Shown here: piece after piece, positions 56,822-64,000 of the stretch
Layout: each line of letters opens with the position of its first letter
How positions within the stretch are numbered: the stretch's first letter is position 1
Assembly (NCBI GenBank): GCA_965207445.1
Contig: CBDBLX010000002.1
Coordinates: forward strand, 1,687,849-1,751,848
DNA length: 64,000 nucleotides
Reading direction: 5' to 3'
From: Nitrosopumilus sp.
GTDB taxonomy: Archaea; Thermoproteota; Nitrososphaeria; Nitrososphaerales; Nitrosopumilaceae
Notes under the pieces: generated by a model
What the model saw: only the letters and a program-made list of their open reading frames with translations
The model's database searches: none
Told to the model about the DNA's origin: nothing
Position numbers and translations under genes: made by a program

Positions 56822-57352
56822 ATGGACAGGAAAACCATTAGCATCGTGGCAATAGGATCGATAGTTCTAGTTGCGGCCATAGTCGCCGGACTGTCTGTAC
56901 CTGAACCGGCCAAGGCCGGCGAACTACAGGAAGCCGAACCACACCGCGAGATACACTATTCGTCACACATGAGCCAAGACGTACTGGATGACAGCAGGAT
57001 GGTCACCGTCACACGAGGCGGAACCCTTCAGATTCCAGTGGACGTTTATGCGGAGCTGGACAAAACAACGGCCGTCAGTTTTGGCGTTACCTCTGACGGG
57101 CAGGAATCCATCCTGGCCATTATGGGCGAGTCCATACTGCCTGAGGGCATCCAGGTGACAACAGTCAAGTCGTCGTTTGCCTTTCCCGTGGAGGAGCAGA
57201 CTGGTATAGACAAGCGGGGATCGACCACCATAACAATAAGCGTCGGTACGAACGCAGTGCCCGGAGCGTATCCACTTTCACTGGTTCTTTACGAGATGCA
57301 GAGTAGCTATTCAAAAATGTCCATAGAATACTTTACGTTGATAGTAGAGTAA
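56822..57352 (+). CDS. N-terminally anchored exported protein, Ig-like
   Basis: TM segment; TITISVGTNAVPGAYPLSL; followed by a C-rich tract and T-run. Confidence 0.65.
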   Translation: MDRKTISIVAIGSIVLVAAIVAGLSVPEPAKAGELQEAEPHREIHYSSHMSQDVLDDSRMVTVTRGGTLQIPVDVYAELDKTTAVSFGVTSDGQESILAIMGESILPEGIQVTTVKSSFAFPVEEQTGIDKRGSTTITISVGTNAVPGAYPLSLVLYEMQSSYSKMSIEYFTLIVE

Positions 57353-57509
57353 CAACCCCCCCTCCCCGTTTTTTATTGTAGTCGTGGTAGAGCGCGCCCA
57401 TTGTATCTTCTCAGTGGTTCGGATGCCCTCCTTCTGTTGTCGGCTAGTGTACTTGGAGCCTCAACCCACTTTTTGCAGAGTTCGAATCGAAAATAGATCG
57501 ATCTCAACT

Positions 57510-59200
57510 GAGGTTGTACATAATTCATCAAATCACCACCTGCATGGTACTTGCAAAGTCATCTGCAAATATTGTCAGAGTTTTATATGTATAAATTAAA
57601 TTAAATTACTTAATAAGCTCATATATAAAAGTATCTGCGCGTATACCAAAAGTTACTTGTAGGAGCATTCCAATTGAATAATTACACAATGACCAAAGGG
57701 GATGCTAAACAATATTGACTAGCCAATGTTGTCAACGTATCATTTGTGAAGTGTGGTGGAACGACGACATATGGTGGGTTGCCACAACATGCTATGCTAC
57801 ACAGAGAATGACGTCCATTACAATGTATGGTTTGTGATGAATGTGGTGACTGTTTATTGTTTATATAAATTTAGTGTGTGGGTTTCAAATAAGAATAAAT
57901 CAAGGAGGCAGACCGTACAGTGACAGAGCAGCACAAGCGACGCGAAGGTTATTGGCCGTATTACGAACAGGCACGCAAATCTGAGCAGGATTTTATGCGC
58001 AAGACCTTGCTGTCGGCGATACGAAAAAACCCACATCCGTGCAAGGAAAAGAAGACAAATAGAGGATGCAAGCCTGTACACTCGCGTGACAAGATGGATT
58101 TTTGTGTCTTTTAAAAGTTGCAAAAAATATTCCTTTTCGTGACGTGGTAAATGAGCTTGGACATGTACATGATAAGCAAGTTGATGAGCCGGAGCCTGAT
58201 TAGTTGTGTAACCGAACATATGCAAACAATTGATCTCGACTGGCTTGATTCTATTTTGGCATATACTGCCAGTATGTGTCTAAATGAACTTGGAAAATCT
58301 ATGACAGATCCGGTACCGATAAAAGGCAAAGAGTTCATACTTACGCACGGATATAAGGATTTTGAGGGCGGTAAACAAGACGTAAAAAAGAACCTACAGC
58401 TCCGATTAAAGTAAACAGTAGTGTGTGGTGTAGAGAGACTGACAGGTACGAAAAACAACAAAGACCTAATCATTTACTACAAGACTTAACTGACACGCGT
58501 CAAGACATATCTAAAATATCATATTACTCGATAAGCGGACACCAGATCACACTTGCATCATACACAACTCCAAGCAATGCAAGTGTTACGTCAATGCTTC
58601 CATATATGGTCAACTTTCTTGTAAAAAACTATACACAGATTGAAGAGTGCTTATTCAACGGAGACAATGGATGCGACTCGGATCAAAACTACGAGACAAT
58701 ATTTGATGCAAACATGAAACCGAACATAAAGCAGCGCAATCATACAGCAGGTCATACAAATCGTGGCAAACCACCAAGCAGAAAAATGGTAGCAGAAATC
58801 TTTGACAAAGATGCATACAAACAACGCGCACTTATCGAGGCAATATTTGGAGCAGTAGAAGATACAAAGAATCACAGGCTACACTGTCGTATGTGTCTGG
58901 CCAAAAACAGAAAATGATTTAGCAAATACTATCGATTGCATGGAATATTAACGTCCTGAACAGATTTATCTGCGCTCATAAAAAAGGGCAAAAGATTCCA
59001 TCATACAAATGATAGTGACGCTATCACACTTGCACGTTTCATGCTCTATAATCCATGTCTGCCAAAATAACACACATGTATATTCAAAAACGAAACGCAC
59101 TATAGATAGATTTCAGTCTTTATAGATTGAATGTGCAATAAATCGAGTAAGTTCACAAAAGGGTCACAGACAGGCCTAATGTCAATTACGCACCAACCTC
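57510..59200 (+). mobile_element. Degenerate second copy of the IS5-like element
   Basis: Colinear with 21838-23511; transposase split into 3 or more frames. Confidence 0.92.
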
Positions 59201-59245
59201 GTGCTATCCACAAATCTTATAATTTAAAGGCATGACGTTACAGCA

Positions 59246-60064
59246 ATGGGCACAAAAGACAAGTTTGAAATATTTGACACGAATCTTCAGCAATTGAATT
59301 CGTTGATAGAAAAAAACTCCTTTGTAAACTGTTATAGAACATGCACCGACTTGACAAGATATTCTGCAATGTCAAACTATACAGATGGATTGATAATATC
59401 AGAAATTTTAGAGGAGGTTTTTTCGCAGATACACAGGGTATTTACTGAGCATTCGATCCCAGATGACGAAAAACACATTATTGAATCTGAATTAAAAAAT
59501 GGAATTGATAAAATAAAGGGTTCTTACAAGGACGAAGATAAGAACTCACTTTATGATGGACTTAAAAAGATAAGAAATGATGCAACTCATTTTCAATTGA
59601 AATGCGGAAATAACTTTCCACACAAACAAAAGATCAGGAGACAGATTGGCGACCTTGTAATGATCATTCCAAGTAAGATGTGGGAGGACGACAAGAAAAT
59701 AGAAGAAGATATGCAACATGCCATATTGATAAAACATTTGGAAAATACGGGGGTAAACGATCCTAGTATCCATCTAAACGATACCGACAAAATTATTCGC
59801 GCTTTGTTAGAATATGTTGCGCTATGGGAAGAAAAGCATGAGGAACTCGAAGAAAAATATGAGGAACTTAAAGATCGTTACAACCGCATGACGATACAAG
59901 ATATGGACAGACAGAGTAAGGAAGCCATACAAGATCTTGAAGATATCTTCGGAATCGATTTTGACGACATCTTTGGTCCATATGAGGTGGAAGGTATGTT
60001 GAGCGACTATTCTGATGATCAATCATCCATGGAGTGGGTACGTTCTGTCCGAAGCGGTACATGA
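59246..60064 (+). CDS. Hypothetical protein; C-terminal half is a putative antitoxin
   Basis: Acidic C-terminus ending SMEWVRSVR directly before a PIN gene. Confidence 0.5.
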   Translation: MGTKDKFEIFDTNLQQLNSLIEKNSFVNCYRTCTDLTRYSAMSNYTDGLIISEILEEVFSQIHRVFTEHSIPDDEKHIIESELKNGIDKIKGSYKDEDKNSLYDGLKKIRNDATHFQLKCGNNFPHKQKIRRQIGDLVMIIPSKMWEDDKKIEEDMQHAILIKHLENTGVNDPSIHLNDTDKIIRALLEYVALWEEKHEELEEKYEELKDRYNRMTIQDMDRQSKEAIQDLEDIFGIDFDDIFGPYEVEGMLSDYSDDQSSMEWVRSVRSGT

Positions 60065-60696
60065 AAATTTGGTCTACTATGACACCAATGTGTGGGTGGC
60101 GTGGATGTTGTGTCCTGACGACAAATTCTATAAAAGCTCCAAAAAACTGATAGATGATGTTACAAGTGGCAAGAAAGTGGCAATAGTTTCCTACATAGTC
60201 ATACTAGAAACGATTCACGTCTTGCGAGAAAAGATGACAAAAGGCCACAAGTTTGAGACAGACTATGACACATATCATGCTCAAATTGAACACAGAATAA
60301 GAGAAGACACAAAAAAAATATGCGTCAAATTCACACTCTTGCTAGTCGAAGACAAGTAATCTTAGTAAAACCAAATATTGGTTTGGCTGAACATCACGTA
60401 CGAGTTTTGCGTGAACTGGTACGACGTTTTGGTCCCATCAAAACGTTCAGTCGATGTTCATCCTGTGGCGAGAAATTATCTTCTGAAAGTCTGATCAAAA
60501 TTTGCCCCAAATGCAAGGCGGGCATCATTCCGGCCAAATTAGAATATAGAGGGCTCGGCCATGCAGATCTGGAACATGCACTCCTTGCTAGACGCTACAA
60601 CGTGAAAACGTTCTACAGCAGTGATCGCGCATTTAAGCAGTTTAATGACGATAGGACTTTCAGAGGAATGTATTTTAAAACAATATTAAGTTGTCT
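60015..60696 (+). pseudogene. PIN-domain (VapC-like) nuclease with a Zn-ribbon insert, split at an A8 tract
   Basis: YDTNV...LETIHVL / CSSC...CPKC...DLEH...YSSDRAF; A9 at 60311-60318 would join the frames. Confidence 0.7.
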
Positions 60697-60854
60697 TGTA
60701 AGTAGTTCCGCCTTGAGTGTACGCCTAGATATGATCATAGGAATAATCGTCAATGTAAGTAGTTCCGCCTTGAGTGTACGCCTAGATATAATCATATTTA
60801 ATATGAAGCGTATGATGAGTTTAGCTTTTATGCCCACTTGGAGAGAAAAGAAAA

Positions 60855-61988
60855 TTGGCTACTAGTGGCGTAGATCCTCATATATCCGTGTGCGGAGTGG
60901 AAATGAAGGTGTGTGGGTCCAATCATGATCCTCGTACAAAGATCAAAACTAGGCTCAAAAATGGTAAAAAACTTCGTGTAATACATAAACTTGATGAGGA
61001 ACAGGTACGGTGGATAGTTCAGCAAAAGCACAATGATGAGATGAGTGACGCCCAGATTGCAAAATTAGTGGGTGTATCTGCACGATGGGTTAGAAAATTG
61101 TTCTTACGATATGGTCATTTACAGCCAAAAGATATCACATATCCTCCAAAGATGGGACGTCCTTCTAATGGATTACCAGGCCGTCGAGAACATTCTGCAG
61201 TGATATCTTGTTGCAAGCAGAACAGACGTATGGCAGTCAGACTCGAGACTATAATAGAAGAAGAAATCGGAATCCATATTTCTCACAATATCATATATAA
61301 GATATTGAAAGATGAGGAGTTAGTAGAAAACCAACCAAAAAAAGCAAAGCAGCGAAAGTGGGTTAGATATGAGAGAAGATTCTCAAATTCTTTATGGCAT
61401 ACGGATTTTAAGCAGATTTACGATGGTAGATGGTTTGTGTCCTATCAGGACGATGCATCTAGGATGATTATGGGCTTTGGAGTGTATAATGAACCTACAA
61501 GTGTTCATGCAATAAAGGTGCTTGAGGGCGCCATCAAGAAATACGGTAAACCTGCCCAAATACTAACGGATCATGGATCTCAGTTCTATGCAAATGAGAA
61601 AAAGAACTCTGAGCGCGGTGTAGCAGTATTTGAGAACAAGTTAGTCGAGCTTGGTATCAAACAAGTCATGGCACGTATAAAACACCCTCAAACCAATGGT
61701 AAATTAGAACGATTCCACTCTGAGATTGAACAACATCTAAAATCATTTGAAGAAGAGTCTGCATGTAATACAGTTCGTGGTTCCAAACCCGGCGACCATG
61801 TGGGGAATCCATTCCATACTAGGGGTATAACAGACCCAATAACAAGACTCGTCAACTGGTACAATAATCTCCCACATATGTCACTAAAAGACGGTAAAGA
61901 AACGCCTATAGAAGCCTATAAACGCAAACAAGCACCAAAAGACATAACAGCAAAAGAAATGGAGAGTCATGCATATGTCAAATCATAA
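60855..61988 (+). CDS. IS481-family transposase
   Basis: HTH, LWHTDFK, DDASR, TDHGSQF, HPQTNGKLERFH. Confidence 0.92.
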   Translation: MATSGVDPHISVCGVEMKVCGSNHDPRTKIKTRLKNGKKLRVIHKLDEEQVRWIVQQKHNDEMSDAQIAKLVGVSARWVRKLFLRYGHLQPKDITYPPKMGRPSNGLPGRREHSAVISCCKQNRRMAVRLETIIEEEIGIHISHNIIYKILKDEELVENQPKKAKQRKWVRYERRFSNSLWHTDFKQIYDGRWFVSYQDDASRMIMGFGVYNEPTSVHAIKVLEGAIKKYGKPAQILTDHGSQFYANEKKNSERGVAVFENKLVELGIKQVMARIKHPQTNGKLERFHSEIEQHLKSFEEESACNTVRGSKPGDHVGNPFHTRGITDPITRLVNWYNNLPHMSLKDGKETPIEAYKRKQAPKDITAKEMESHAYVKS

Positions 61989-62004
61989 GTGGAACTAACC
62001 ATAT

Positions 62005-63231
62005 GTGGCACGAAAAACACAACAGAGCAGAAATTCAGATGGTATAGATCGTGATTCGCACAAGCAAAATGCAAACAAACAGATTAGGGGTAGAAAAAAT
62101 GACCATATGGATAGTCATAGCGTAAGCAAGGTGAAAAAAACAACCACAAAAACATCGGTAAAATATGATAATGCTCAAAAATATTTTGTTGGTATTGATC
62201 TTCACAAAAAATTCATGCAAGTGGCAATTATGGATCCTAAAGGTAATGTTCTTCAAAATAAACGAATTGAGTGCAATCATATTGATATTGTAAAAGAATT
62301 TTCTGAGTTTCCGCCCAATGCAAAATACGTGTTGGAATCTTCTTCAGTATGGTATGGCATGTATAGATTTCTCACAGAAAAATTGCATTTGGATGTGATG
62401 TTATCAAATCCACTTGCAACAAAACGAATAGCTGAATCAAAAAAGAAGACAGATAAAGTAGATGCTCGTATATTGGCAGATCTGCTAAGGGGTGGATATA
62501 TTGCAGGATGTTATGTTCCAGAGGAAAAGGATGTGCATAATAGACAATTGGTCAGGTATAGAAGTACAGTAGTAAAGTCTAGAGTAAAGTCCAAAAATAG
62601 TGTTCATGCAATATTGTTACAAAGTGGAATCAAGATCAAAGGGATTCCATTTTCTGCTGAACATATACAAAATTTACGCAAGCTTAATGACTGGAGGATA
62701 GACAAACATATCAAAACAATTGCATTTTTAAATGATGATGTTCGTGATTGTGATGATAAAATATCCAATGCAGTATCAAAAAACGAACATGCTTCACTTT
62801 TGACTACAATGCCTGGAATCGGTCCTGTTACTGCGCTTACATTATCATCTGAAATTGGTGATATCTCAAGATTTCGTGATATGGGCAGTCTTGTTGCTTA
62901 TTTTGGACTAGCTCCATCTGTGAGGAATTCTGCCAGTACAGTTCACCATGGTGCCATAACGAAAATGGGAAATTCCATGGTTCGACAGTTGCTCACAGAA
63001 TGTGTGTTGTCTCATGTGCAGTTTGCAAAGAATAATAATCGACAGACTCCAATAAGTGTATTTTATGAAAGATTAAAGGAGAAAAGAGGCGTCTCAAAAG
63101 CACAGGTTGCCGCTGCTGCCAAGATGCTCAAAATTGTATTTTGGATGCTAACAAAGAATATAGATTTTTGGACATGTATAGAGATGGGTAAAAAGAGTAC
63201 ACATCGTAACCCCAAGAAAAAAAATGAATAG
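62005..63231 (+). CDS. IS110-family DEDD recombinase (start possibly ATG at 62107)
   Basis: VGIDLHK, LESS, KTDKVDARILA, PGIG, GLAPSVRNSA. Confidence 0.95.
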   Translation: MARKTQQSRNSDGIDRDSHKQNANKQIRGRKNDHMDSHSVSKVKKTTTKTSVKYDNAQKYFVGIDLHKKFMQVAIMDPKGNVLQNKRIECNHIDIVKEFSEFPPNAKYVLESSSVWYGMYRFLTEKLHLDVMLSNPLATKRIAESKKKTDKVDARILADLLRGGYIAGCYVPEEKDVHNRQLVRYRSTVVKSRVKSKNSVHAILLQSGIKIKGIPFSAEHIQNLRKLNDWRIDKHIKTIAFLNDDVRDCDDKISNAVSKNEHASLLTTMPGIGPVTALTLSSEIGDISRFRDMGSLVAYFGLAPSVRNSASTVHHGAITKMGNSMVRQLLTECVLSHVQFAKNNNRQTPISVFYERLKEKRGVSKAQVAAAAKMLKIVFWMLTKNIDFWTCIEMGKKSTHRNPKKKNE

Positions 63232-63246
63232 ATGTGAAAAATTATG

Positions 63247-63365
63247 GTTAGGGATTTGTGCGTTGTAAGTGTGAGATTTAATGCTCGGGGAACTAACTGC
63301 ATGGTGCCCCTAACGAATGGATGAAGCATGGTATTGAGATTTAATGCTCGTATAGATACATATCC
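63247..63365 (+). ncRNA. Predicted bridge RNA/seekRNA with target-binding and donor-binding loops
   Basis: Two modules share GAGATTTAATGCTC; flanked by TGTAAGT/GGAACTA (target) and ATGGT/ATAGATA (donor). Confidence 0.8.
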
Positions 63366-63689
63366 GAACCATCCTCCGGAAAAACACCACCCTAGCGTAT
63401 GCTGCGCACTTTAGTACGAAAAGTGAAGAATCGCTTATAAGGATCCCACATAGATACTTACAGGATAGCACAATTTTAAAACAATATATTCACAGTGACG
63501 CTTTATAGTACACGCTCAGACCGGCCCCAAATTTGTGTTCATGGTTATGTGCCGTTCATGTACTTTGTCTGTGACTTCAATTAACGCGAGTGTATAGAGA
63601 CCAGTCAGATATACTTTCTTGCAATAAGAAAGTGTGCAAGCGCACGTGAGTTCAATTCCCTTCTCACATCAAGAATATCATGTTAGTCC

Positions 63690-63770
63690 GTAACCGTTCA
63701 ATTTCCGTGCCTGCACCAGATGTTAGACGGTGAATCTATGCCTAAATTTGAGGAGGGGTTGAACGGTTAC
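63690..63770. mobile_element. MITE family A copy with 9-bp TSD
   Basis: TIRs; TGTTAGTCC on both sides. Confidence 0.9.
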
Positions 63771-64000
63771 TGTTAGTCCATGCACAACATATTTCATATG
63801 CAAAATGCTAGGTTTTCCTCATTTGTAATAAAAATGGATAAGGGATATTGTAAGTGCCCCGATTCGCTTTCTGCCGTCTAAAGGTATCCAGGCCCCCGCT
63901 TACAGCGCCACTACCATTGTCACCATCATCACTCTTCTTCCCGAACCGATCTGTCCCATATTTGAAATAAAACCTGCCAACAGACATGTTGCACCGCATG

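Larger units (their letters stand above)
61996..63456 (+). mobile_element. IS110-family (IS1111-like) element with a TA core at both junctions
   Basis: Sub-terminal IRs TATGTGG (62002-62008) and CCACATA (63446-63452); long 3' non-coding end. Confidence 0.88.
60754..63462 (+). mobile_element. IS481-family element whose right TIR is interrupted by an IS110
   Basis: Left end TGTAAGTAGTTCCGC; reconstructed right end GTGGAACTA|CTTACA; TGT...ACA termini. Confidence 0.85.

Noticed and set aside
60697..60789. Mini-CRISPR (36-bp repeat, 21-bp spacer)
   Set aside because: The repeat is the IS481 left end.
45960..64000. attR duplication of the tRNA-Val 3' end or an integrase bounding the island
   Set aside because: None seen by eye within the window; it could lie beyond 64 kb.

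Overview
AT-rich archaeal chromosome segment. The core genes point to an ammonia-oxidising Nitrosopumilaceae (Thaumarchaeota), and the repeat and IS load suggests a host-associated lineage such as a sponge symbiont (inference). Core genes: uvrBAC, F420/flavin LLM oxidoreductase, malonic-semialdehyde-reductase-type Fe-ADH, glycerate kinase, folD, 5-formyl-THF cyclo-ligase, purD, ileS, DPSL, sucCD, rpl40e and an intron-containing tRNA-Val(CAC). These are interspersed with many mobile elements: IS66, IS630, IS5-like, IS6, IS481, IS110 and three MITE families. A tRNA-adjacent accessory island (46-64 kb) carries a Hachiman-like nuclease/helicase pair, toxin-antitoxin relics and a possible COMMD-like protein. 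The strongest find is an IS110/IS1111-type element inserted exactly inside the right terminal inverted repeat of an IS481. Its 3' non-coding region contains a two-loop bridge-RNA-like structure whose four guide segments match the IS481 target site and the element's own donor junction. All calls come from reading the sequence by eye; no database search was run.
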